Made by a program: the position numbers and the translations under genes. Below, piece after piece: positions 27,215 through 36,689 of a DNA stretch of 44,889 nt. This stretch comes from a virus. Lineage: Duplodnaviria; Caudoviricetes. The notes under the pieces were generated by a model. That model was not told the origin of the DNA. It saw only the letters and a program-made list of their open reading frames with translations, and did no database searches. Position 1 is the first letter of the stretch, and each line of letters begins with the position of its first letter. The stretch is taken from IMG/VR virus record IMGVR_UViG_3300020161_001520, positions 1-44,889 of that record. One strand, written 5' to 3'.

Positions 27215-27407
27215 GTGTTACCTCCTCATGCGGTGCTTCTGCAACAATTTTCATAACAAACTGTTCCTCAGTTGGTATGTAATCGTCTATGTACTTTTGC
27301 GTAGCCTCAAAGACCGTTCTATAAATAGAGTTATCTTTTAGATTACTGTCGTTAATAGTGATTGGCACTTCTGTTGCCAATTCCACTAGGTAATGTTTAA
27401 TTGCCAT
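27207..27407 (-). CDS. hypothetical protein
   Basis: GAGGGAG RBS; overlaps its neighbours. Confidence 0.65.
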   Translation of the reverse strand: MAIKHYLVELATEVPITINDSNLKDNSIYRTVFEATQKYIDDYIPTEEQFVMKIVAEAPHEEVTHG

Positions 27408-27555
27408 TATGCTCTCCCTCTTTAGTTTTTAACTCTAGGTTGTTTAACTCTAGGTTAGTTGCATTTATTCCCATGAGCAAATCATTTATTGCTTTGACTA
27501 ATTCAGCACTTGGGTTCTGACCGCTTACTTTCTTTAGAAGTTGTGCAACGGTCAT
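27397..27555 (-). CDS. small hypothetical protein
   Basis: Probable ATG at 27555, downstream of an (ACC)n-rich spacer. Confidence 0.5.
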   Translation of the reverse strand: MTVAQLLKKVSGQNPSAELVKAINDLLMGINATNLELNNLELKTKEGEHNGN

Positions 27556-27619
27556 TGTTGTCGTTGTGACGGTGGTGGTTCTGGTGGTGGTGGTGGTTAT
27601 TTTTGTGGCGGCGAAGGTA

Positions 27620-28252
27620 CTAGGCAACAACAGGTGTCTCCTCCCATAAAGTGCTATCTACTTCTTCTAAAGAAGTCTTGCACTCCTCACAAAGTCCTTC
27701 TAGTTCTGAGGCAATAGTTCTGTCCTCATCTGTAGAAGGGCAAGTAAAAGAAGTTGCACACTCATTACACCAATGGTGGGCATCTCCCTCCAAGTTCATA
27801 CGAACCGCACAAGTTGCTTTAGAAAGTTCTCCACCATGTTCCAAAATACGCTTGCCGTTCTCCCAATCAATCTTTCCCCAAAAGTCAGACCCACTTTCAT
27901 AGAATTGGTATCTGAAACTTAACTTTGGGTAACTCTTGGCAAGTGTTTCTATTACAGGTTCAATGGGAGACCACGCTGTTGAGAAGTTCATACCAACAAT
28001 GCCTTCCTCCCAATCATCTACATAGAAGTCAAGGTCTCCTAAATCCCATTTGCTTCCCCAGTTGGCTGTGTTCCACTCATACCAGTTGTCCTCTTGGTCA
28101 GCAGGTCGTGGGATAACTTGATTACAGGAGAACCTAGTTACATCATGTTCAGTTTGTGCTTCACTCTTAGTAACTTCAATTTGCTTTAGAAGTTTGTGAA
28201 GTTGTTTAGGATTTCCTTCAATCTCTAAATTGTTCATACACCAATTTGGCAT
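27620..28252 (-). CDS. YubB/DUF1281-like ferredoxin-fold protein
   Basis: MPNWC.N.L.I.G, WYEWN..NWG.KWD, F.TAWSP; AAGGAGG RBS. Confidence 0.8.
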   Translation of the reverse strand: MPNWCMNNLEIEGNPKQLHKLLKQIEVTKSEAQTEHDVTRFSCNQVIPRPADQEDNWYEWNTANWGSKWDLGDLDFYVDDWEEGIVGMNFSTAWSPIEPVIETLAKSYPKLSFRYQFYESGSDFWGKIDWENGKRILEHGGELSKATCAVRMNLEGDAHHWCNECATSFTCPSTDEDRTIASELEGLCEECKTSLEEVDSTLWEETPVVA

Positions 28253-28683
28253 TAGTAACTATCCTCCTTTATCTCTAGTCCGTTTGCTTCCATAGTTAGT
28301 AGTTCTTGTCTGTTTGATGAGATTTTTTCTGCAAAGGCTTTCCTTGCGTAGTCATGGTACTCATCAGGTATTTGAGCGATTACTTCATTAGTGACTCGGT
28401 ACAAGTGATTTGTTCTTGCTTTAAGTCTTTTGTCTTGACGAAACCCTCTTACGATTATGTGGCTAAGTCGCATAGGCTCATCAACATCTCTCTTAAAGTC
28501 GTAGTGAAGTGCCTCTAACCGACCCTTCTCTGTTCCTATGAGATTGTTTTGTCCTCCTCTCCACTCATAGATAGGAACATCAATAACGATTTGTTCCAAG
28601 TCAGAAAGTGAAACTGAAATAGAGAAAGACACGCTTCCCCAAACTCTTACATCTGACTCTTTTTTTGTAATTAGTGTGGTCAT
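28252..28683 (-). CDS. hypothetical protein
   Basis: AAGGAGG RBS; coupled. Confidence 0.7.
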   Translation of the reverse strand: MTTLITKKESDVRVWGSVSFSISVSLSDLEQIVIDVPIYEWRGGQNNLIGTEKGRLEALHYDFKRDVDEPMRLSHIIVRGFRQDKRLKARTNHLYRVTNEVIAQIPDEYHDYARKAFAEKISSNRQELLTMEANGLEIKEDSY

Positions 28684-28686
28684 GAT

Positions 28687-29334
28687 TTATGCCTCCTTCT
28701 TTCTGTTCTTTTCAATGATTGAGTTATACGCTTTTGATTTTCCTGTGCCAAGTGGCTTGTATCCGTATCGTGTTAAACGAAACGAGATAGCACCGATAGT
28801 GATACCAAGTGCTTTAGAAAGTTGATAAGAAGTAACGCCTCTATCAATTTCCTGTGCGAGTAGTTTCGTGTAAGTCTCTGCTTCCTCACGATACTTAGGG
28901 CTATGGCTACGAACAAGTTGTGCCATTGGTTGTAGTTCAATCAGTTGCTTTAGAACATCTGAGTCAATCTCTACAATGTCTCTAACATACTTTTCAGATA
29001 CAACAATGCGTGGCAGTTTAGGAACAGGTAAATCCCAAACCTTTGCTAGTACATCAGGGTTGTTTGCTTCCGCAGACCTTGTGTAATCAAGCACCGTTTG
29101 TCTATGAACAAACAGTTCGTTAGCAATACTTTGCAGAGTCCAGTTGCCCTCTACAAGAAGTAAGCAATACGCCTTGCGTTCAGCAATAGGTAAATCTCTT
29201 AGTGCTTTACCTACTTCGTAAGGCAATACTAAATCGTGATTTTGTACTTTAGTAATGACTTGTTTCTTTAACTTAATTTTTTGCCCATTAGCCCCTGTAA
29301 CAATTTTTGTGTCGGGGGTGTTGTTTTCTAACAT
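28687..29334 (-). CDS. protein with two HTH-like motifs
   Basis: WTLQSIANELFVHRQTV and VTSYQLSKALGITIGAI; ATG 29334 follows GAGGAG. Confidence 0.7.
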   Translation of the reverse strand: MLENNTPDTKIVTGANGQKIKLKKQVITKVQNHDLVLPYEVGKALRDLPIAERKAYCLLLVEGNWTLQSIANELFVHRQTVLDYTRSAEANNPDVLAKVWDLPVPKLPRIVVSEKYVRDIVEIDSDVLKQLIELQPMAQLVRSHSPKYREEAETYTKLLAQEIDRGVTSYQLSKALGITIGAISFRLTRYGYKPLGTGKSKAYNSIIEKNRKKEA

Positions 29335-29687
29335 CAGTTCTCCTCTTGTAGAAACTTGCTTGGTGTGCATGAAGGGTCAGCGTTAATAGACAGACCTAAA
29401 TCTGCTAAAGAAGTATCGCTTAATCCAATAGTCTCTAAGGCTTGCCAATCCTCATCAGACCATAAAGAAGTATCAACAAGGCACAAGTCATGTCCGTCTC
29501 CAAAGTTTCCGTCCTGTGCTATGTATAGAGTTTGTGTCTCAGTATTATTAACATCAACAATACGAGCATAGATTTGTCCTAGTCTTTCTACTTCATTGTT
29601 ACTATCAAAGTCAGCCAACAATTCCAATGCCACTTGTCGTGGTTCTTGGTCGTCAGGTACTCCGATTATTATGTGTGCATACTTCAT
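29334..29687 (-). CDS. hypothetical protein
   Basis: ATG 29687 follows GGAGG. Confidence 0.65.
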   Translation of the reverse strand: MKYAHIIIGVPDDQEPRQVALELLADFDSNNEVERLGQIYARIVDVNNTETQTLYIAQDGNFGDGHDLCLVDTSLWSDEDWQALETIGLSDTSLADLGLSINADPSCTPSKFLQEEN

Positions 29688-30199
29688 TATTTTGCCTCCC
29701 ATAGTTCTTTATCAAGTTGGTCTAACAGAGTTTCGGTCATGCGGTGTTGGCATAGAGTTTCTAAAGCACAATCAAGTGCTTCTTGTATCTCATGATGAAC
29801 GCACTCTTTCCACTCATCAGTTAATTCGTCAAAGCACTCATACCAATTATTGTTAATGAAGTTAAGTCTTTCTTCATCAATGGCTTTAGCAACGGCTCTA
29901 TCATCAGCAAACTTTTCACTAGGTAATTCCCATAAAGAATAACCTGTTGTGTAATCGTCTAACTTAGATAAATCGGGTGTGTATTGAAACTTAATTTCTC
30001 CAACAGCACACACCGATACTGTGTGATTGAGTGCATTGTTAGTAAGGCTTATGACTTCACCGCTAAACCAATTACTATCTTGTCTGCTTGGTGAAACTTC
30101 TTTAGCACTTACATTTATCTTAAAACCAAACTGAGATGGAATACGAAATCCATTTGCGTAATCCCATAACCAATCGGCTTCATTATCAAAGTTGTTCAT
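29687..30199 (-). CDS. acidic hypothetical protein
   Basis: 170 aa, in the operon. Confidence 0.7.
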   Translation of the reverse strand: MNNFDNEADWLWDYANGFRIPSQFGFKINVSAKEVSPSRQDSNWFSGEVISLTNNALNHTVSVCAVGEIKFQYTPDLSKLDDYTTGYSLWELPSEKFADDRAVAKAIDEERLNFINNNWYECFDELTDEWKECVHHEIQEALDCALETLCQHRMTETLLDQLDKELWEAK

Positions 30200-30202
30200 T
30201 TC

Positions 30203-30517
30203 CTATCCTTCCCATAGTTCGGTTTCTTTAGCAGTATCGTGTAGCCAATCTGTTACAACAGAAGTTCCAATGTCGGTTATGGACTCCCATAGGTTGTCGT
30301 GAAGTGGCTCATCATTATCAATTTGATTACAAAGTTCCTCAAACAATGAGTCAGGCATTGACCAATCAGCAGGTAACTCATCAAACGAATTGATAGCGGT
30401 TTCCTCAAAACTTTCTTTAGAAATTATGCCCGAAGGTAAATAAACTAAAGTGTTTGGGTCAGGAAACCACTTTTGTATTTGCGCTATAAGTTCTGTAACA
30501 GTTGTTCTCTTAGACAT
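30203..30517 (-). CDS. acidic hypothetical protein
   Basis: Probable ATG at 30517, just after the upstream stop. Confidence 0.65.
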   Translation of the reverse strand: MSKRTTVTELIAQIQKWFPDPNTLVYLPSGIISKESFEETAINSFDELPADWSMPDSLFEELCNQIDNDEPLHDNLWESITDIGTSVVTDWLHDTAKETELWEG

Positions 30518-30519
30518 AG

Positions 30520-31206
30520 TTAGTTCCAATACTTCTTGGCACAAGTAGAACCCATGCCACCTGTAACAGACTTCAACGCTGTAAGAGTTAATCCACAATG
30601 AACGCATGAGCCTGTCTGCCCACTTGCTTCTATTGCTTCATTAAGTGTTAAGCGGTCTGACTCTCGCAAGTAGTACAACACCTTGTACGCCTTGCCGTCG
30701 TACTCCCACTTGTTTGTATCTGCATTAAGTGAGAACACTTGCCAATTACCACTCTGTCTGCCCTTACGAATTGAATAAACAATTCCCTGATAACGATAAG
30801 CACCTGTATCTGAGATTGTGATTGTTCTTGCATAAGGAGAGTTCTTTAATTGTTCAATCCATAAAGAAACTTCTTTAGCCGTTGGTGTGCTGTTTTTAAT
30901 CTTGTTAAGAACAACATCACCACCAACCCGATTGTCTGCTAAAGAAGTTACATAAGCAATTTGCCTATCACTTGCTAGTCGTTGAAACTTGTCCTCTAAT
31001 TTGAGAAGTGAGTCAATGAGTTCTGTACCCCATTGAACATTGATTTCATCAAAGTTAATTGACGAGACATCAACGGTGTGATTTTTTTGTTCAAGTAACT
31101 TCTTTAAGAAATTGACTTGTGCATTAGTGATAGTACGCACCTTGTAAGTGCCGTACTGATTACCTGCTTTAGAACCTGCTCTCTTGTGTTTTGTTTGGGT
31201 AGTCAT
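30520..31206 (-). CDS. protein with C-terminal DUF6011-like Zn finger
   Basis: Repeated S/T..Q..Y/F helices; G.CVHCG..LT...S...GMG..CA. Confidence 0.7.
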   Translation of the reverse strand: MTTQTKHKRAGSKAGNQYGTYKVRTITNAQVNFLKKLLEQKNHTVDVSSINFDEINVQWGTELIDSLLKLEDKFQRLASDRQIAYVTSLADNRVGGDVVLNKIKNSTPTAKEVSLWIEQLKNSPYARTITISDTGAYRYQGIVYSIRKGRQSGNWQVFSLNADTNKWEYDGKAYKVLYYLRESDRLTLNEAIEASGQTGSCVHCGLTLTALKSVTGGMGSTCAKKYWN

Positions 31207-31251
31207 GGTTTTCCCTTCGGGTTGGTTTTGCGGATTTTTTGTTGCGGATTT

Positions 31252-31563
31252 TTATTCTGTTACTGGTTTTTTTATTTGTAGTTCTTTTTTAACTCTACGA
31301 AACTCTCTTGAATTAACTTCTTTTGTTTCAACAAGTTCGTAGGGTGTCTCATACTTTTGAGTTGCTTTTAGTTGTCTCTCACCTAAATCTTTTCGTGAGT
31401 GCCAATAAGCAACACTTTCACCTGTCCAATGCTTGTGTCGTTGAATAGTTGCGTGAGTGTATAAACGACTCATACTTGAACGAGTTGCATGGAATTGTCC
31501 GTCACTTGTAGTTGCTACAAAGTAACGAGTGCGTGGTTTGTTTGGTGCATTTAAGTCATACAT
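31252..31563 (-). CDS. hypothetical protein
   Basis: GGGAG RBS. Confidence 0.7.
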   Translation of the reverse strand: MYDLNAPNKPRTRYFVATTSDGQFHATRSSMSRLYTHATIQRHKHWTGESVAYWHSRKDLGERQLKATQKYETPYELVETKEVNSREFRRVKKELQIKKPVTE

Positions 31564-31565
31564 GG

Positions 31566-31757
31566 TTATCTCCCTTGTTTGATTGCTTCATCAATGTTCT
31601 TTAGGCATGAGCCATACCCAAACGAATTAGCGTATGGCTTATCAGTACCTACATAACAAACATCTCTAGTTGCATAGGTAAATAGAAGTCCTAGTAATAG
31701 CGTTGGGATAATTACTAGGACAACCCAACCTCTGCGAGTTAATTTAGTTGTAGTCAT
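31566..31757 (-). CDS. small membrane protein
   Basis: KLTRRG followed by a TM helix; AAGGAG RBS. Confidence 0.7.
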   Translation of the reverse strand: MTTTKLTRRGWVVLVIIPTLLLGLLFTYATRDVCYVGTDKPYANSFGYGSCLKNIDEAIKQGR

Positions 31758-32049
31758 TTTGTTCTCCTTGTAGGAATAGGGAATAGAGTTCTTTAACTTC
31801 TACTACTTTATTATCTGCTTTAGAAACTACATCATCACGAAACTTAGTTAATGCTGTTTCATCAACAAGTCCAATGATTGTATTGAGATACGCAAACACA
31901 ATTTCCGACTCTGTTTTATCAGGGTGAAGGAAAGTTAGTCCTGCGATAGTTGTGTCTGCTATTTCTTGTTTTAGATAGACCTGTTCTAAAAACAGTTCTA
32001 GTTGTTGTTGTACGGATTTTTTGTTGCGGATTTTATTTAGAAGTTTCAA
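31744..32049 (-). CDS. hypothetical protein
   Basis: TTG start with AAGGAG at 6 nt. Confidence 0.6.
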   Translation of the reverse strand: MKLLNKIRNKKSVQQQLELFLEQVYLKQEIADTTIAGLTFLHPDKTESEIVFAYLNTIIGLVDETALTKFRDDVVSKADNKVVEVKELYSLFLQGEQNDYN

Positions 32050-32212
32050 GTTCTACTCCTTCTTTAGCATTGTCCTTGAAGTGCGTTAGTAAGTCAGATA
32101 CAACATGAGCAGAACGATAGAACCCACCGTCATTGAGTCGTGATTTCTCACGACCCAATGACTTTAGTACGAGTGCTAATTGGTCGTTCGTTAGTGTGAT
32201 TGTGTATTGCAT
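32033..32212 (-). CDS. 59-aa protein (absent from the ORF track)
   Basis: MQYTITLTNDQLALVLKSLGREKSRLNDGGFYRSAHVVSDLLTHFKDNAKEGVELETSK*; the ATG abuts the upstream TAA. Confidence 0.65.
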   Translation of the reverse strand: MQYTITLTNDQLALVLKSLGREKSRLNDGGFYRSAHVVSDLLTHFKDNAKEGVELETSK

Positions 32213-32800
32213 TTATGCCACCTGTTCTTTCTTGTCGTAGAAGGTTTCAATTAGTGTTTCCATGTCTGCTAAAGAAAGTGTTACTACTGATACCGCACTT
32301 TCTCCACGACCTTGTACTGATACACGAACACCACCAACACGATTACCTACTAAGTCCTTAATCGCATTTGGTACTGATTGTTCGCAACGCTGTGCATGAG
32401 CATAGACTTTTTTCTCAAACGCTTCTGCTTTCTCACGCTTTTCGTTTTCAATTCGCTCACGCTCTGCCTGTTCAGTATTTTTTGCGTTCCAAACAGGTTC
32501 TAGTTTTGACCACTCCTCAACAATGTCTGCGAGTCGTGCTGTCCAATAGAAGTCCTTTCCATTGTCTGTTGCTTTCATCAATACACCAACAGAACGGTCT
32601 CCTTGTGGTGCTAACTTGAAATTAGTTTGGTCGGGATAACGACTAGAAGGTTGATACACATACTTATCAAGTGAGATAAGTTCTGCTTTAACTAAATCGT
32701 TTTCACGACACTTATTTACATCTCTTGCACTTGAATTGTTGTAACCCCATGAAGGTACAACGCCATAGATAGTTCCTACATTTAGTTGAGATAGTTTCAT
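32213..32800 (-). CDS. hypothetical protein
   Basis: 195-aa ORF with a central coiled coil. Confidence 0.75.
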   Translation of the reverse strand: MKLSQLNVGTIYGVVPSWGYNNSSARDVNKCRENDLVKAELISLDKYVYQPSSRYPDQTNFKLAPQGDRSVGVLMKATDNGKDFYWTARLADIVEEWSKLEPVWNAKNTEQAERERIENEKREKAEAFEKKVYAHAQRCEQSVPNAIKDLVGNRVGGVRVSVQGRGESAVSVVTLSLADMETLIETFYDKKEQVA

Positions 32801-32916
32801 TTTTGTAATCCATTTCTTTAGAAGTTGTGTGCGGTTTTTTTGTGGCGGTGTGGCAGATAGGAACGGCTATCTGCCACACCTTCTTTAGCAACAAGGAGAG
32901 GCAAACTACTTGTTGC

Positions 32917-34893
32917 TTATCGGGTAACTAACTGTCGTGCGATTGCAAGTCGCACTAAGTCCTTACCAAGTGTGAGTACATCTTTTGCAGTACGAACATG
33001 AGTTAGTAACTCAAACTCATGACGATTGTTCTCTAGGTATTCCTTATCAATTCCATAATCACTAATCATGGCTTGGCAAGTAACAACACCTGATTGCTTC
33101 ATTGTGCGAACAACGGTCTCAGATACTTTTGCTTCACCCCACATACCGTCTGTGATTGTGAATAGAAGTTTGATTGGTTGTTCTGAATTAGCGAGAACAT
33201 TTTGTGCATACAACAACGCCTTCTCAGGGTCAGTACCACCGTTTGTGCCACCGTCACGAACAGTTGTACCTGCTTTCTCATCTGCACGATAAAGAAGTCG
33301 TGCTTCCTCATCAAAGAGAACAACAGTTGTTTTTGCATTTACTTGTTCAAGTGCTTTTTTGATTGCCCACATTGATTGATAAGCATGAGTCGCATTGTCT
33401 CCACTCATAGAACCTGAATAATCCAACAGGATTACTGCTTCTATAGCAGTTACATCATCACGACCTTCACTCCACTCATCAAACAAAGTATCAAACGAGT
33501 CACCTGATAGATAGCGATTAACATTGAAACGACCACTATCTACTTGTTTGTTCCACGCAGGGTCATGCTTGGCACGAAGTCGCTCTAATTCTCTTGCGAA
33601 AGATTTAGATACTAAGAACAAGTCAGGAGATACTGACTTCTCTGAATAATCTGCTCGCAAAGGTTCTTTAGAGTTGTTACCTTCTAATAGCGGTGTGCCA
33701 TTTGCTTGAATAGATAAACGGTCAAGTTCTTTAGAAAGACCATTTAGTAAATCATCAAGCATTGTCTGAATAACATCTGTTGGTGATTTCTCATCATCAG
33801 TTGTTGTTCCTTTTGATACACCGTTACCACCTGATTGTGAAACAGGAGAGTCTGACTCATTATCATTGAAGTCAAACTCATCATCATCAAAGTCAAACTC
33901 ATCATCACTATCAGAGTTTTCGTTTGTTGGTGATTGTGATTGTGATTGTGGTTGTTCTGTTGTTGGTGCAGAGTCGGCTGGTGATTGTTTTTGTGGCGGT
34001 GTTTGTTCTTTAGCAATTACTACTTGCACACCTTCATCAGCCTTATCTTGTTTAGATAAGTTGTCTCTATCTTGTTGTTGTTCTACTTTAGTTGCAGGGC
34101 GTGAGTTTGAGGACTCAACACCTTGTGTTGGTCTATCTGCATGACCGTTTGGGTCATAGATACGAACAGTAATTGTTTTACCTTCACCACTACCACCACC
34201 ATTTTGATTTCCGTTATCAATGATTGGTAAGTGATTAAGAAGTTCGTGATAGCGAGTAATAAGTTCTTTAGCAACCTCTGTATCCTCAGGGAATAACAAA
34301 GTGCGGTACTTATCAACAACATCACAAAGTTCTGTAATGTCCTCTTGTACTGCATAGTTCTGTCGTGCCAATGCACGAAGTTCTACAGGTAAGTATCTGC
34401 GACCACGAACAAGTGCAAACAAAGTTGTGATTGCATTTTCCTCACGCACTAAGTAATCAAGGACAGTTGCAGTTAGCCAATTAACAATAGACGGATAACG
34501 AGATACCAACAGACCTTCAATTCTCATGTCCTCTAATGCGTTGAACGCTTGCCACTTATCCTCATCAATAACCCAACGACAGATTTCGCTACCGTTGCGT
34601 GGTGTGTAACGAACATGAGCAAACTCATGAAACGCCAAACCTTGTAGTGATAGAAGTGATTGTCCGTCAAACTCATCACGCACTTGATTGAGATTAAAGA
34701 ACACATCACTTGCACCTGACCAAGCAGGGGCGTTCTTTTGTTCATCAACAACATCAACATTGATAACTCTTGACGATAGTACAGACAATGAACGAGAGAA
34801 CGATTGTGTTAATCGTGTTAGTTTGTCTCGCTTCTTGTTCTTTAGTTCTTGTTCTTTAGAAAGTGTTTCATGCAATAGTTCTACGGTAGTCAT
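32917..34893 (-). CDS. CobT-like VWA protein with N-terminal HExxH domain
   Basis: FHEFAH, FNALED.RIE, acidic/Gln linker, LLDYSGSM MIDAS, GGT, ITDG; ATG 34893 follows GAGAGG. Confidence 0.88.
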   Translation of the reverse strand: MTTVELLHETLSKEQELKNKKRDKLTRLTQSFSRSLSVLSSRVINVDVVDEQKNAPAWSGASDVFFNLNQVRDEFDGQSLLSLQGLAFHEFAHVRYTPRNGSEICRWVIDEDKWQAFNALEDMRIEGLLVSRYPSIVNWLTATVLDYLVREENAITTLFALVRGRRYLPVELRALARQNYAVQEDITELCDVVDKYRTLLFPEDTEVAKELITRYHELLNHLPIIDNGNQNGGGSGEGKTITVRIYDPNGHADRPTQGVESSNSRPATKVEQQQDRDNLSKQDKADEGVQVVIAKEQTPPQKQSPADSAPTTEQPQSQSQSPTNENSDSDDEFDFDDDEFDFNDNESDSPVSQSGGNGVSKGTTTDDEKSPTDVIQTMLDDLLNGLSKELDRLSIQANGTPLLEGNNSKEPLRADYSEKSVSPDLFLVSKSFARELERLRAKHDPAWNKQVDSGRFNVNRYLSGDSFDTLFDEWSEGRDDVTAIEAVILLDYSGSMSGDNATHAYQSMWAIKKALEQVNAKTTVVLFDEEARLLYRADEKAGTTVRDGGTNGGTDPEKALLYAQNVLANSEQPIKLLFTITDGMWGEAKVSETVVRTMKQSGVVTCQAMISDYGIDKEYLENNRHEFELLTHVRTAKDVLTLGKDLVRLAIARQLVTR

Positions 34894-34969
34894 TTGTTGC
34901 CTCTCTGTTGGTGTGCGGATTTTTTGTTGCGGTGGCAATAGACCGTTCATCTATTGCCACCGCTTATTA

Positions 34970-36388
34970 CTAATTGCTATTTGCTAATTGGTTTTCCAAT
35001 TCAGCGAGTTCGTCACCTGTATCTACTATTGGTGTATCAACAGTAAATCCAAGTTCAGACATAATGTTGTGGCGATTAGCCTCAAACAATAGTTTTACAG
35101 AACCTCTCTCATCATCAGCGAAGTTGTAAAGAAGTTCTGTTAATGCAAAGTTGTATCCGACTTCTGTAGCAAGTCGCACAAACTTCTTTAGCAGACGAGT
35201 TGATAGTGGTGTTTCATACAAGCCACTCAATGCGTCTGTTCTCATTTGAGAGAACAACGACAACAATGATTTAGAAGGAATAAACTTCTTTTCAATGTTT
35301 ATGTCGTACTCAAACTTTAGTTTGTAGAAGCGGTCAGCGAACGCCTCATTTAGTTTGTTAGTTCCACGATAGCCGTTGTTGTAACTACCAATGATTAACA
35401 AGTTTTCATGAGCCTTAACAATTTCGCCCTTGTGGTCAAGCAGAGTTAGCACTCTGTTATCGTCAAGTGCATTGTGTAATGACGAAGCAATTTTTGTAGG
35501 TAAGAAGTTTGCTTCATCAATAACAAGCACACCACCTGTTTTCCACATTTGCGTAATCACACCGTCCTGCCATGTTGGTTTGCCGTCGTCACCAATGATT
35601 ACTTTTCCAAAGAGTTGTGAATACTCTGCACCAACACTAGATGAGAAAGAGTAGAAAGGTAATTGACGAACATACGCATAGTGTTTTGCAGAAGTAGTTT
35701 TACCTGTTCCTGCTTCACCTTCAATAAGTATGTTGATTTTGTTTTTGATTGCGTAATCGTAGAACGCAATTTCATCAACACCATCATCAAAGGTACGAAC
35801 AACATAACCTGCAACACTCTGTGGTGTTGGGATTAACGCAACGAAGTCACCCATAACTTCTGTAGAAGTTTCTGCACTAACAAGTGGTTGTGGTGTTGGT
35901 GCAGATACTCGTTGAATAGTTACTGGTAATGATTGTGGTGCGTTGTTGTTAGCAAGTACAGACTTATCACTACGACCGTCTGAACGATACTTAGATAACA
36001 GTTGTGGATTAGTTGCAACAAGTGTTGCTACTTCATCAATAACATCACCAAGCGAACGATTACTAATTGTTTGGTGACGATTACCAAACTGTTTAGTTAG
36101 TTTCTGAATAAGAATTGTTGGTCGTTCGTTATTAGCGATTGCTGTTTCATCAACAACAGATAGTGGTGACGAAAGTATTTCACCAACGATTTGTTCTGAC
36201 CTATGAGAACAAGTAACGAAGTCCTCATACGAAGTGTCGTACCAAGCGTTTGTTTCACCACGACCACCGTTTGTTTTGCGAGACCAAACAAGTTGTTGTG
36301 TTTCGTTTGCAACGATTAAGAATTGACGAAGTGTTCCAACAGTTGCAGATTGTGAAGTAATGAGTATTGCGTAATCGTTTGTAGTCAT
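34970..36388 (-). CDS. MoxR/CbbQ/CobS-type AAA+ ATPase with long N-terminal extension
   Basis: GEAGTGKT, LVIDEAN, N.GY.GT..LNEAFADRF, STR.L. Confidence 0.9.
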   Translation of the reverse strand: MTTNDYAILITSQSATVGTLRQFLIVANETQQLVWSRKTNGGRGETNAWYDTSYEDFVTCSHRSEQIVGEILSSPLSVVDETAIANNERPTILIQKLTKQFGNRHQTISNRSLGDVIDEVATLVATNPQLLSKYRSDGRSDKSVLANNNAPQSLPVTIQRVSAPTPQPLVSAETSTEVMGDFVALIPTPQSVAGYVVRTFDDGVDEIAFYDYAIKNKINILIEGEAGTGKTTSAKHYAYVRQLPFYSFSSSVGAEYSQLFGKVIIGDDGKPTWQDGVITQMWKTGGVLVIDEANFLPTKIASSLHNALDDNRVLTLLDHKGEIVKAHENLLIIGSYNNGYRGTNKLNEAFADRFYKLKFEYDINIEKKFIPSKSLLSLFSQMRTDALSGLYETPLSTRLLKKFVRLATEVGYNFALTELLYNFADDERGSVKLLFEANRHNIMSELGFTVDTPIVDTGDELAELENQLANSN

Positions 36389-36453
36389 TTATTTATTGCC
36401 TCTCGTTTGTTTGCGGATTTAGTTGCGGATTTAGTTTTGTATTTAGTTGTAAT

Positions 36454-36687
36454 TTATTTTGCATTTTCTTTAATGCGATTGCCATGTTCATCAACATAAA
36501 CAACATCAAGTGGAACGGTTGCAAACTCAGTTGCAAACAACATACGAAACTCGTTAGGAGAAAGTGTTTGTGCAAGTGCATGAACGAGTCGTTCCATGTT
36601 GTCTGTTTTACGGAAAGTTTTAATTGTTAGTTCAATGTCGTTGTAATTGTTTTTGTAATTGCGTTCGTACTTAGTTGTTGTAGCCAT
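36454..36687 (-). CDS. hypothetical protein, first gene of the leftward arm
   Basis: GGAGG RBS before the ATG. Confidence 0.7.
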   Translation of the reverse strand: MATTTKYERNYKNNYNDIELTIKTFRKTDNMERLVHALAQTLSPNEFRMLFATEFATVPLDVVYVDEHGNRIKENAK

Positions 36688-36689
36688 GT

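Noticed and set aside
27556-27630. Thr-rich N-terminus (TTTTTRTTTVTTTT) of ORF 27397..27630
   Set aside because: More simply an (ACC)n A/C-rich intergenic spacer containing the CCGCCACAAAA motif; an ATG is available at 27555.
27620-30230. Shared C-terminal LWE motif in three proteins as a degron or targeting tag
   Set aside because: The codons (TA-TGG-GAR-G) largely coincide with Shine-Dalgarno-like sequence near the next gene. The two LWNS endings (13496, 39171) are too few to support a claim.
33869-33907. Tandem duplication AAGTCAAACTCATCATCA x2
   Set aside because: It encodes the low-complexity acidic linker (DDEFDF x2) of the VWA protein; ordinary slippage.
24606-36687. Classical integron (recombinase plus cassette array)
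   Set aside because: The hairpins lack RYYYAAC/GTTRRRY attC ends, most genes are translationally coupled, and the recombinase lacks IntI-specific motifs.
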